Shown here: positions 27,857-36,827 of the stretch, piece by piece
Layout: each line of letters opens with the position of its first letter
How positions within the stretch are numbered: the stretch's first letter is position 1
Assembly (NCBI GenBank): GCA_964446735.1
Contig: CAYUQB010000001.1
Location: forward strand, 199,465-263,464
Direction of reading: 5' to 3'
Source of the DNA: an uncultured Candidatus Saccharibacteria bacterium
GTDB taxonomy: Bacteria; Patescibacteriota; Minisyncoccia; Phycocordibacterales; Phycocordibacteraceae
Length of the DNA: 64,000 nt
Program-made: the position numbers and the translations under genes
The notes under the pieces: generated by a model
The model's input: the letters and a program-made list of their open reading frames with translations, nothing else
Told to the model about the DNA's origin: nothing
Databases searched by the model: none

Positions 27857-27890
27857 GGCGCAGCGATCCGGCTGCGCCTTCGCCATTTCT
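27857..27890 (+). terminator. Terminator-like hairpin
   Basis: ggcgcagc-gatccg-gctgcgcc followed by ttcgccatttc. Confidence 0.45.
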
Positions 27891-27928
27891 AGACAAGAAA
27901 GAAGGTTTTATGCTATCCTCCCCCTACT

Positions 27929-28189
27929 ATGCAGAACGCAACACGCGTTGAGGTCCGACGCGGCAAGAATGAAAGTGCCGCTTCGCTGATCCGCCGTTTC
28001 TCCCGCCGCGCGCAGGGACTTAACCTCGTGCGCATGATGAGGAAGCGCCGGTACTATACGCGTCAGAAATCCAAGAATGTGGAGCACGCCCGCGCGCTCG
28101 TCTCGCTCGCACGCCGCACCGAGTACAACCAGCTCGTGAAGCTCGGAAAGATCGACCCGGCTGCCCGCCGCACCAAGGGGCGCAAGTAG
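27929..28189 (+). CDS. rpsU: 30S ribosomal protein S21
   Basis: 86 aa and basic. The S21-like motif is LIRRFSRRAQ...RKRRYYTRQKSKNVE. The hairpin aagcccc-gtag-ggggctctttt follows. Confidence 0.65.
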   Translation: MQNATRVEVRRGKNESAASLIRRFSRRAQGLNLVRMMRKRRYYTRQKSKNVEHARALVSLARRTEYNQLVKLGKIDPAARRTKGRK

Positions 28190-28250
28190 AAGAAAGCCCC
28201 GTAGGGGCTCTTTTACTATCTACAAAGATACTCCTGCTACAATTTCCAGA

Positions 28251-28673
28251 ATGAGCGAAATACCCAATTGCTTCTATCGCATCAGCGTAAAGGCGCTGGT
28301 GCTTAATGAAGCACGCGATAAGTTCCTTATCGTAAAAGAGGAGAATGGTAAATGGGAGCTTCCTGGTGGCGGACTTGATTGGTATGCAACGCCACAGGAA
28401 GATCTCGCGCGTGAAATACAAGAAGAGATGGGTCTTGAAATGACATGGGTGGCCTCACACCCGTCCTACTTCCTCACGGATATGAGTTACGCTCCTGCAA
28501 AGTCGAAAGCAAATGTTCTGTACGAAGCTACACTCGCGTCTCTCGACTTCACTCCTTCTGATGAATGCGTTGAGGTACGGTTTGTAAGCGCGGAGGAAGC
28601 GAAAGCACTCGACCTCTTCGGAAATCTTCGAATATTTTGTGACCTCTTTGATCCGGCACAGCACACGCCCTGA
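28251..28673 (+). CDS. NUDIX hydrolase
   Basis: Canonical Nudix box GGGLDWYATPQEDLAREIQEEMGL (GX5EX7REUXEEXGU). Confidence 0.8.
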   Translation: MSEIPNCFYRISVKALVLNEARDKFLIVKEENGKWELPGGGLDWYATPQEDLAREIQEEMGLEMTWVASHPSYFLTDMSYAPAKSKANVLYEATLASLDFTPSDECVEVRFVSAEEAKALDLFGNLRIFCDLFDPAQHTP

Positions 28674-28675
28674 CC

Positions 28676-29137
28676 ATGAGTACCCTAGACATTCGTAACT
28701 TCACTAGATCGAGAGCACCTGCCTTCCCCTTTGCTAAAGCTCTTGAAACTACCCTTCCTGGCTGGGAGATCTCACTCGTGTTTGCCGGAGAGCAACGTGC
28801 ACAGACACTCAACATCACGCTTCGGAATAAGGAGTATGTCCCGAATGTCTTGTCGTATGAGACCGGAAAGAAATCAGGTGAGATCATCATCTGCCCGTCA
28901 GTAGCGCGCAAACAAGCAGCATCGTATGACCTTTCGTATCGAAACATGGTCGGATTTCTTTTTATCCACGGACTACTGCATTTGAAGGGCATGCCGCACG
29001 GGGCTACAATGGAGCGACGTGAACGCGAGCTCCTCTCGCACTTTATGAGCATAACTTCATCTCGTGGCACGACGCATCGCGACCGGCATCGATATCGGAA
29101 CGCATCACACGAAAGTCGTCGTGGTAGAGGAGATTAG
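28676..29137 (+). CDS. ybeY: rRNA maturation endoribonuclease YbeY
   Basis: The zinc-binding motif HGLLHLKGMPHG (H3xH5xH) is present. The reading frame continues for 74 nt into ftsA. Confidence 0.75.
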   Translation: MSTLDIRNFTRSRAPAFPFAKALETTLPGWEISLVFAGEQRAQTLNITLRNKEYVPNVLSYETGKKSGEIIICPSVARKQAASYDLSYRNMVGFLFIHGLLHLKGMPHGATMERRERELLSHFMSITSSRGTTHRDRHRYRNASHESRRGRGD

Positions 29138-30230
29138 CGAACCCTCGGGTACCGGCATTCACATCATCGGCACAGGACTCGCCCAATCAGCGGGTATGCG
29201 GCATGGCTATGTCGTTGATGTCGAGGATGTTGCGGCAAGCGTGCGTGCAGCCAAACATCAGGCCGAGCAGATTGCACGTGTTCCCATCAAGAAAGGATTC
29301 CTCGCGATTGGAGGAGTATCGCTTGATGAAGCACGTGCATCAGGGACGACCATCATCTCGCGCGCCGATCAGGAGATCACTGGACTCGATGTTGACAAGA
29401 CGCTCGAGGCAGCACGGGAGGCAGCATCTCCGAATTTCCTCAATCGCAAAGTACTCCACGAGATACCACTCGAGTATCGAGTAGATGGTGCGAAATCTCT
29501 CGGTGAACCCTATGGACTCAAGGGAACGCGACTGGAAGCTGATTACCTTTTTGTCACCTGTCTTGAAAGTCACGAGTCGCTCCTTACTCAGGCAGCAGAG
29601 ATGGCCGACATCGAAGTAATCGATCGTATGGCTTCCCCGCTTGCTGGTTCCTACGTCACTCTCACCAAGGACCAAAAGATGAAAGGCTGTGTGCTCGCCA
29701 ACATTGGCGCTGAAACGGTCTCCATCGTCGTCTATGACGAGGGAGTCCCTATTTCCGTAAAAGTCTTCCCGGTTGGCTCAACAAACATTACCGACGATCT
29801 TGCACTCGGATTCAAGGTTTCTTTGGAGGATGCTGAGCGTCTGAAGATGGGACGACTGGGTGGTTCTATGTATCCGCGTAAACGAGTGGAGGAAGTTATC
29901 ACGACGCGCTTCCGTCACATGTTTGATTTGATTGATAAGCATTTGAAAGTTATCGGAAGAAAGGGAGCGCTTCCGGCTGGCATCATTATTTCTGGAGGAG
30001 GGAGCGGCCAGGGTTCCATTGTCGATATTGCTAAGGGCACCCTGGCACTTCCCTCTCGCATTGCGGATATGAAAGTGACTCCCGAGAGCAAAGTGCGTGA
30101 CGCGACCTGGGCGGTGGCGTATGGACTTGCACTGTGGGGACTCACGGGAGACACCGAAACACCGAAGAAGCCGCGGTTCACGAGTATGGGCGGATCTTTT
30201 ACTAACTTTTTGAAGCAATTTTTGCCATAA
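29064..30230 (+). CDS. ftsA: Cell division protein FtsA (actin-like ATPase)
   Basis: GTG start. The phosphate-1 motif IATGIDIGTHHTKVVVVE is present, and the actin-fold motifs run through to GGGSGQGSI. Confidence 0.85.
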   Translation: MARRIATGIDIGTHHTKVVVVEEISEPSGTGIHIIGTGLAQSAGMRHGYVVDVEDVAASVRAAKHQAEQIARVPIKKGFLAIGGVSLDEARASGTTIISRADQEITGLDVDKTLEAAREAASPNFLNRKVLHEIPLEYRVDGAKSLGEPYGLKGTRLEADYLFVTCLESHESLLTQAAEMADIEVIDRMASPLAGSYVTLTKDQKMKGCVLANIGAETVSIVVYDEGVPISVKVFPVGSTNITDDLALGFKVSLEDAERLKMGRLGGSMYPRKRVEEVITTRFRHMFDLIDKHLKVIGRKGALPAGIIISGGGSGQGSIVDIAKGTLALPSRIADMKVTPESKVRDATWAVAYGLALWGLTGDTETPKKPRFTSMGGSFTNFLKQFLP

Positions 30231-30321
30231 AGCGCGAAACGAATTGACAAGGTGTCAATATTTGCGTAATTGCTGACCCTGGTATCATGAAGCCACCATA
30301 TTTGGCGGCTAATATCAACGT

Positions 30322-31602
30322 ATGTCCAAGCGCGTAGAACCTGAAATCGAGACTTTTGCACGCATACGCGTGGTGGGCGTAGGCGGTTCCGGATGCAATG
30401 CAGTGAACCACATGGTGAATTCTAAGGTGAAGGGCGTTGAGTTTGTGGCCGTTAACTCTGACGCGCAGGACCTGCACCGCAGTCTCGCCAAGCGCAAAAT
30501 CCATATCGGCAAGAATCTCACTCGGGGACTCGGCACGGGTATGAACCCAGAACTCGGCAAGCGCGCTGCTGAAGAGACGCGTCAGGAAGTCCAGGAGGCA
30601 CTCCAGGGTTCCGACATGGTGTTCATCACCTGCGGCATGGGGGGAGGCACGGGTACCGGTGCGGCCCCCGTGGTCGCCCGCATCGCTAAAGAAATCGGTG
30701 CACTTACCATCGCAGTAGTCACGCGTCCGTTCTCGTTTGAAGGCGCACAGCGTCGCGAGATTGCCGAGCGCGGTCTTGCAGAACTCAAAAAGGAAGTCGA
30801 TGCGTTCATCGTCATTCCTAACGACAAGCTGCTCGCAATCGTTGAAGCACAGACAAGCGCCAAGTCTGCATTTGCGATGGCCGATGAAATCCTCCGCCAG
30901 GCAGTTGAAGGCGTGTCCGACATTATCACCACGCCCGGAGAGATCAACACCGACTTCAACGACATCAAAACCATCATGGAGGCAGCGGGTCCTGCACTCA
31001 TGGGTATCGGTATCGCTGAGGGTGATCGTCGCGCACAGGATGCAGCAGCGCAGGCAGTTAATTCTCCACTTCTTGATGTCTCCATTTCAGGTGCTAAGGG
31101 TGTCCTCTTTGTGGTCGCCGGTTCAGATGATCTAGGAATCCTCGAGGTGCAAGAGGCTGCCAAAGTCATTGGCGACTCTGTCGACAAGAGCGCGAAGGTT
31201 ATCTTCGGTATCATGCGCGACGAGAAGCTTAAGAAGGGCCAGATTCGCATCATTGTGATTGCGACTGGCTTCCCTGAATCTGAAGCTGCTGATACCGGCA
31301 GCCACACCGGTCTTGAGCGCTCCCTCTTTGCCATGCCGGCAAAGGAGCAGGAGGATACCCGGGGGAAGATTTTCAGTGATGTCATGCGCAGAGCGCCAGC
31401 TCCGGTAGAGGAACCGGCTCCGGTTATCGAAGAAGCTCCCCGCGAAGAGCGTCGCCCGGAACCTATCGTCACTGCAAAGCCGCAGCCGCGTGAGGATGCC
31501 CCTAAGACGGTTGTACCGCCTTCAGCACAGCGAGAGAGCGATACGGACGAAGATGAGGCCTGGGGCGCAATTCCAAGCTTCCTACGAAGGCATAAGAAAT
31601 AA
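30322..31602 (+). CDS. ftsZ: Cell division GTPase FtsZ
   Basis: GVGGSGCNAVNHM, the tubulin signature GGGTGTGAAPVVA and the T7 loop NTDFND are present. A Pro/Glu-rich C-terminal linker precedes the conserved tail. Confidence 0.95.
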   Translation: MSKRVEPEIETFARIRVVGVGGSGCNAVNHMVNSKVKGVEFVAVNSDAQDLHRSLAKRKIHIGKNLTRGLGTGMNPELGKRAAEETRQEVQEALQGSDMVFITCGMGGGTGTGAAPVVARIAKEIGALTIAVVTRPFSFEGAQRREIAERGLAELKKEVDAFIVIPNDKLLAIVEAQTSAKSAFAMADEILRQAVEGVSDIITTPGEINTDFNDIKTIMEAAGPALMGIGIAEGDRRAQDAAAQAVNSPLLDVSISGAKGVLFVVAGSDDLGILEVQEAAKVIGDSVDKSAKVIFGIMRDEKLKKGQIRIIVIATGFPESEAADTGSHTGLERSLFAMPAKEQEDTRGKIFSDVMRRAPAPVEEPAPVIEEAPREERRPEPIVTAKPQPREDAPKTVVPPSAQRESDTDEDEAWGAIPSFLRRHKK

Positions 31603-31613
31603 GAATGGATCTG

Positions 31614-31647
31614 AAAACGCCCGCCGATTTCCGGCGGGCGTTTCGGT
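31614..31647. terminator. Bidirectional rho-independent terminator
   Basis: aaacgcccgccg-atttc-cggcgggcgttt. It sits between the convergent genes ftsZ (+) and the GNAT gene (-). Confidence 0.6.
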
Positions 31648-31664
31648 GTTCCTCGATCACTTCC

Positions 31665-32114
31665 CTACCGCTCCACAGGACGTGACATGAGCAGGTAGTT
31701 GTCCGCGAGCTTCTGAAGCATCGCGAAGCCGAAATGGTGGCGGTAGTAGTCGGGCGAGTCCGTAGTAAGTAGGATGAGTCGTGCTTCCGCTTCGCGCGTA
31801 ATTGCCTCGATGACCGCCTGAACCAGATTCTTGCCGATTCCTTGCCGTTGGCGCGTAGCGGTGACGTTCACCCAGAAAATCTCAAAGATCCCGTAGTCCA
31901 TCGGAGCCTGGAGGTACCCGGCGAACCCTAGAAGATCTCCTCCGTCCCGTGCCGCGTAGTACGTTGGTCGAAACGGGACAGACCTGTTGAACATCAACAT
32001 CAGTTCTGAGATAGCACGCACGCCGTACGCTTGTCCGTAGTTGGCCGCAATGATCGCTGCTGCGGCTGGCACATCGTTCCGTTGTAGCAGCTCGATTTCC
32101 ATCTCATACCTCAC
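31665..32114 (-). CDS. GNAT family N-acetyltransferase
   Basis: The acetyl-CoA binding motif is RQRQGIGKNLVQAVIE (R/Q-x-x-G-x-G/A). Confidence 0.7.
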   Translation of the reverse strand: MRYEMEIELLQRNDVPAAAAIIAANYGQAYGVRAISELMLMFNRSVPFRPTYYAARDGGDLLGFAGYLQAPMDYGIFEIFWVNVTATRQRQGIGKNLVQAVIEAITREAEARLILLTTDSPDYYRHHFGFAMLQKLADNYLLMSRPVER

Positions 32115-32175
32115 TTCCAGCCGGAGCCTACGCGCACCCTAGCATCATTTACGAATTTGTTATACTGCCTCCACC

Positions 32176-33099
32176 ATGCACGATCTCATCATCATCGGCG
32201 GGGGGCCGGCAGGTGTTTCTGCTGGTGTCTACGCAGCCCGCAAGCGTTTGAAGTCAGTCCTTATTGCCGAAGAAATAGGGGGTCAGTCTACCGTATCTGA
32301 AGGCGTCGAAAACTGGATTGGAACCATAAAGATACCGGGAGCAGAGATGGCAAAGGCATTTCGAGCGCATTTAGATGCATATAAAGGTGATGTCGTAGAG
32401 GTTGTTGAAGGAGATCGTGTTCAGAAGCTCGAGAAAGTTCCTGGAGGGTTTTCGGTTGCAACACGAGACGGTAAATCATTCTCTGCTCGTGCGGTCCTTA
32501 TCGCCTCCGGTGCTGCCCGCAAGAAACTCCAGGTGCCCGGTGCTGATACATATGAAAATAAGGGAGTAACATACTGCGCATCGTGCGATGGTCCCCTATT
32601 TGCTGATCAGGACGTTGCCGTTGTGGGGGGTGGTAATGCTGGCCTTGAAACCACTGCCCAGCTGCTTGCGTACTGTAAGTCGGTAACGCTCATCCACCGA
32701 CACGACAAGCTCAAGGGTGATGAGATAACCGTTGAGAAGCTCCTCGCCAATCCGAAACTTACCGTCCTCTATAAAACTGAACCGACCGAGGTACTGGGCG
32801 AAAAGTTTGTGACCGGATTGAAAACTAAGCATCGTGATACCGGTGAAGAAAAGACCCTTCCCGTCACGGGCGTATTTGTAGAAATAGGTGTGATGCCTAA
32901 TACCGACTTTGCCGCAGGGGTAGTTGAAATGGATGAGGTGAAGCGCATCAAAGCGGACGCTCGCAATCAACATACGAACGTGGAGGGCATTTGGGCTGCA
33001 GGCGACTGTACCGACGAGCTCTACCACCAGAACAACATTGCCGCAGGTGACGCAGTGAAGGCGCTTGAAGATATCTACCAGTGGCTCATGGCCCATTAA
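32176..33099 (+). CDS. trxB: Thioredoxin-disulfide reductase
   Basis: The FAD motif is IIIGGGPAGVSAGVYAA, the redox-active site is CASCDG, and the NADPH motif is VAVVGGGNAGLE. Confidence 0.9.
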   Translation: MHDLIIIGGGPAGVSAGVYAARKRLKSVLIAEEIGGQSTVSEGVENWIGTIKIPGAEMAKAFRAHLDAYKGDVVEVVEGDRVQKLEKVPGGFSVATRDGKSFSARAVLIASGAARKKLQVPGADTYENKGVTYCASCDGPLFADQDVAVVGGGNAGLETTAQLLAYCKSVTLIHRHDKLKGDEITVEKLLANPKLTVLYKTEPTEVLGEKFVTGLKTKHRDTGEEKTLPVTGVFVEIGVMPNTDFAAGVVEMDEVKRIKADARNQHTNVEGIWAAGDCTDELYHQNNIAAGDAVKALEDIYQWLMAH

Positions 33100-33136
33100 G
33101 TGCTACAGCCGCCGAGTTGACTCGGCGGCCGTTGCG

Positions 33137-33604
33137 TCATCCCACATGGGGAAAGGGCATGAAGGTGCCCGGACAGAGCGCTTCGATCCGTTTCTGGTAG
33201 GGACCGAACGGGTGGGTCACGAGAACCCGAAGCGCCTGACCGTGGAGCCGTTCTAGCTCCTCGTCGGTGAAGAGGAACCGGTGCGTGATGACGATCACCA
33301 CCAACGCTCCGTACTGACGAGCCAACTCGATCCCGTCGATGAGGTAGGAGTTGGCCGAAACCATCCGGTCGACGAAGACCGTGTGCATGCCCGCGACGTC
33401 AGTCAGACGAACGGGCACGAGATGGTTTCCCTCACGCCGCCACCCCGGCGTCCGAAACCACTTGCGCCAGAAGACTGCAGGCACATCGAACGGTTGGACG
33501 ATGCGTTCGATGTCTGAATAGTGGTCCTCTGCATTTGTGTCCGAGGAACAGATCGCCCGCGCGAGCCGGTAGCTCGCAGCCATACTGTCGAGTGCTTGGT
33601 ACAT
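33137..33604 (-). CDS. Hypothetical protein (about 155 aa) in a moderately GC-rich patch
   Basis: GGGGGA SD 7 nt upstream of ATG (MYQALDSMAASYRLARAICSS...). I recognise no domain. Confidence 0.4.
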   Translation of the reverse strand: MYQALDSMAASYRLARAICSSDTNAEDHYSDIERIVQPFDVPAVFWRKWFRTPGWRREGNHLVPVRLTDVAGMHTVFVDRMVSANSYLIDGIELARQYGALVVIVITHRFLFTDEELERLHGQALRVLVTHPFGPYQKRIEALCPGTFMPFPHVG

Positions 33605-33979
33605 GGTATTCCCCCACAATGGTGAACCAACCTGAGGGAACCATACCGCGCAGATACGGTAATAGCAAAACCGCCCGAACGGGCGGTCGTGCATACTCGG
33701 AAATGTCGAGTGAGGTTATGCAACCTCTTCCTCGCCAGTCTCCTCTGCGGGCATTTCGGGAGCGACCTCGGTCGTCTCCTCTTCAGGCATGGGACCAACA
33801 GTCTCCTGCTCGTCACCCATGACTGGATCATTCTGCATATCGTCCATAAACATTGTTTGGAGAACGGCATATTCTTCGCCTGAGCAAAAAATAAAGCCGT
33901 CCAATTACATTATTGGCTGGCAATCGACCTACCCCAAAAGTGTATCGTTCCGGTTATGGAAAAGCAATGAAGTCTTCAC

Positions 33980-35197
33980 CTACCCCTTCTCCACCATATC
34001 CCATATGAGGGCTGCAACGTTCCGTGGCTTCCCCTCGAACGGCAAATGATGATTATCAAAGAACGGCATGGAATTACACTCGATGATGCCGCACCGCTCC
34101 TGATCCTTCCAGGAGCGGGTAATGTCACCGATGATGAAATCAATACCGACGATAGGTGCCTGGAGGACCCGAGCCACCTCCTCGAAGAGTTCCCTAGTAT
34201 CTGGGTGTACATCGTCGGAGACATCCGCGGTCGTACCCCCTACGCTCCAATTGATTTTCTGATGGAGGGTCACGCGCTGGCCGTTTTCAGGAATACTTGT
34301 TGGAGTTAGTTTCTGCCAAGCGAGTTCCTTTTCTGCTGCGCGGTCGATGTGCATCGTATGGAAGTAGGGGCCCTGGCGTGCAGGATGACGGTTCGCGTCT
34401 TCGACGAGTTCCGTAATGGTATGGACCCCATCGCCGATCACGTGGGGCTGATCGCGACGGAGCGTCGCAGCAAGCTTTCCATCCACTACGGTCGCGCGGT
34501 ACACGGGACCGGTAAGTTCTTCTTCGATGACTGCTGCGGGGCAGATTTGCGTGGCGACCATAAACGCTCGCTTGAGTTCATCGAGGGTATCGATGTGAAG
34601 AAGGGTATGGCGTGAACCGGAACCTGAGTACGGCTTCACAATGACTGGAGGAGTGAGTTTTTGGTACAGACGTTTTGCTTCCCACCAGTTCTTGGCCGAC
34701 CCGCCTTGGGCGATAGGAAGATTGAGCTTTCGGAAGCGTTTCTTTAACTCTGCTTTGTCGTCAAGCCACGGTGCACGTTCAAGGGTCCGTGGCGGAAGCG
34801 GGATACCTTCGTATGCAACCTTTCGCCCGCTCGGATACGTTGCGACGAAAAGATTGCGGGGCAGATTAAAGAGACGGAACTCGTAGACCCTGATATTGCG
34901 CACATCAGCTTCCTGCCAAAGCATGAGCGCCAGAAGTTGTGTTCCCTCGTCAGGACGCTCGATACGTTTCGCCCACCCGAGTCGCATAAGGAACTCAAAA
35001 ATGTGTGGAGTGATCCTGCGCTCTACGGAATCGAACGCTCTCCCGAACCAACGACCGACGAAGCCAGGATCGAAGAGCTTCCGCATCGAGTCATCGAGGA
35101 GGATGGTGTAGTACGTCATCCGGTGAAATACCGGATCGCTTCCGCATTCTTCGCAGACCCGAGCCTTTGGAATCGGCATGCTACCCCTGCCAGCCAC
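33980..35197 (-). CDS. Cyanophycin-synthetase-like ATP-grasp protein (CphA N-terminal half; no Mur-ligase domain)
   Basis: VIVKPYSGSGSRHT, VIGDGVHTITELVEDANRHPARQ, INWSVGGTTADVSDDVHPD and IVGIDFIIGDI align to the CphA ATP-grasp region. Confidence 0.6.
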   Translation of the reverse strand: MAGRGSMPIPKARVCEECGSDPVFHRMTYYTILLDDSMRKLFDPGFVGRWFGRAFDSVERRITPHIFEFLMRLGWAKRIERPDEGTQLLALMLWQEADVRNIRVYEFRLFNLPRNLFVATYPSGRKVAYEGIPLPPRTLERAPWLDDKAELKKRFRKLNLPIAQGGSAKNWWEAKRLYQKLTPPVIVKPYSGSGSRHTLLHIDTLDELKRAFMVATQICPAAVIEEELTGPVYRATVVDGKLAATLRRDQPHVIGDGVHTITELVEDANRHPARQGPYFHTMHIDRAAEKELAWQKLTPTSIPENGQRVTLHQKINWSVGGTTADVSDDVHPDTRELFEEVARVLQAPIVGIDFIIGDITRSWKDQERCGIIECNSMPFFDNHHLPFEGKPRNVAALIWDMVEKG

Positions 35198-35492
35198 TTG
35201 TGGCGAGATCTACCCTATCGCCCCTGAATGCGACACCTTCCTGTATAAGGAGGCGCTTTTTTGTTGCTATGCCCTTACCGAAAGCATAGCCGGTGAGTGC
35301 ACCGTTTGAAGCAACGACACGATGACAGGGCACCTTACTCCGACTGGGATTACGCCGCATGGCGTTACCGACTGCGCGTGCTGCTCCGGGTCGTCCGGCA
35401 AGTGCTGCAAGTTTTCCGTATGTGGTTACCTTCCCTTTGGGAATCTTGCCGGCGAGCAGATAGATACGTGAAGTGAAATCAGACCCATTCAT
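35181..35492 (-). CDS. Methylated-DNA-protein-cysteine methyltransferase family protein (MGMT C-terminal domain only)
   Basis: The active-site motif is VPCHRVV, and the helix-turn-helix is TTYGKLAALAG. The start was set to MNGSDF. The stop is 17 nt downstream of the ATP-grasp gene's start codon (overlapping gene ends). Confidence 0.7.
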   Translation of the reverse strand: MNGSDFTSRIYLLAGKIPKGKVTTYGKLAALAGRPGAARAVGNAMRRNPSRSKVPCHRVVASNGALTGYAFGKGIATKKRLLIQEGVAFRGDRVDLATSGWQG

Positions 35493-35799
35493 GATGATAT
35501 TGTATCGGGGATTCGATATACGTTCAAAGTGACGCAATCGTTCACATAGAATCGAGCAGGGTCGATTATCGCTACTGCGTTACTACGCAGTAGCGAGACG
35601 GAAGTTGTGAGGGTTAGCCGACGAGCGGAGTGAAGTACGCGCCGAGGTAGTAGGGCCAGATAATAATCGCCAAGACCCCTTCCCAGAACGTGAGTTTAAG
35701 AAACCCAATGGTGAATAGCCATGCTGCAATCCATGCGCCACCAGAAAGCGTATGGTGCTCGATCTTTATTTTTTCCATGCTGAAAGTATAGCAAGGCAA

Positions 35800-35890
<91 letters not shown>

Positions 35891-35904
35891 TGATAGAACG
35901 TTCG

Positions 35905-36261
35905 CTATCCTAGCATTTTTAGACCCTTGAGACCACGATACCAAAGCACTGCACCTGACAGCGACATGCCGACAAAAAAGAAGAGCGTACCGATAATCCA
36001 GTGAACTGATTGGTCTGCGTAGGCGAGCACTGACAACCCTACAAGAAACGGGACTGCTGAAACAACGTGAGTCCAGAATATCCAATCATGAGGGACTCTG
36101 CCCCCAGACTGCACACGTCCTTCCATTGAGCCGACAGTGACGAGTGCAAAAACCCACGCGGCGAAATAGTGGGCAAGAACGAGCGTTACAGCTAGGCACA
36201 GCCAGGATATAAGGCCAAGTATGCTCAGAAAGACGTACCGAGAGCGGGTGTACCTCATCAC
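35905..36261 (-). CDS. Hypothetical 4-TM membrane protein
   Basis: 118 aa, hydrophobic, no motif. Confidence 0.45.
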   Translation of the reverse strand: MMRYTRSRYVFLSILGLISWLCLAVTLVLAHYFAAWVFALVTVGSMEGRVQSGGRVPHDWIFWTHVVSAVPFLVGLSVLAYADQSVHWIIGTLFFFVGMSLSGAVLWYRGLKGLKMLG

Positions 36262-36302
36262 GTGGGCTTAGTATACTCTCGCCAGGACCCCCAGCTGAAG
36301 GA

Positions 36303-36716
36303 TTGGTCGGTATGATCTTCATTAAATTCGTCACCGCCGTGGCCGCACTTCTGCTGGTCTGGCGCCTCTTCGCACTCTGGCATGCAGGCCGGGAGCTCAA
36401 GCGGTGTCCCCGCTACTCCTTTTTCCTTGCCTATCACCGCCGGGTGCTCTGGCAAGTCGTGGGACTGACCCTGGGTGCAGTCGCCCTGATCGAGATCGCC
36501 ATCCAGGTGAGCGCGGACCCGTCCGTCGTGAATGGGTGGCTCCTCGCCTTCCATCTCTCGTTCGTCGGCCTACTGGTCATGGTCTTCTTCGCCGTGCTGC
36601 TGCGCTTCAACGGGCTCCGGAGCCCGGCGTGGCACGGGCGCTTCGCCTACTCGTTCCTGGCGCTCTACGGTGTCGTGATCGCGTCGGGACTGCCGCTCCT
36701 CTATCAGCTCCACTGA
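36303..36716 (+). CDS. Hypothetical membrane protein in a GC-rich islet
   Basis: 137 aa with four TM helices. GC is about 62% by eye. Confidence 0.4.
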   Translation: MVGMIFIKFVTAVAALLLVWRLFALWHAGRELKRCPRYSFFLAYHRRVLWQVVGLTLGAVALIEIAIQVSADPSVVNGWLLAFHLSFVGLLVMVFFAVLLRFNGLRSPAWHGRFAYSFLALYGVVIASGLPLLYQLH

Positions 36717-36827
36717 GCGGGAGACTGCCCGGTGACGGATACGGACCACCAGCCCTGCTGGTGGTCTTCCGTTTCTCCTCCCCATCCTCTATTGTGGCAG
36801 AGGGCCGAATATGGCTGGGAGGTTGAA

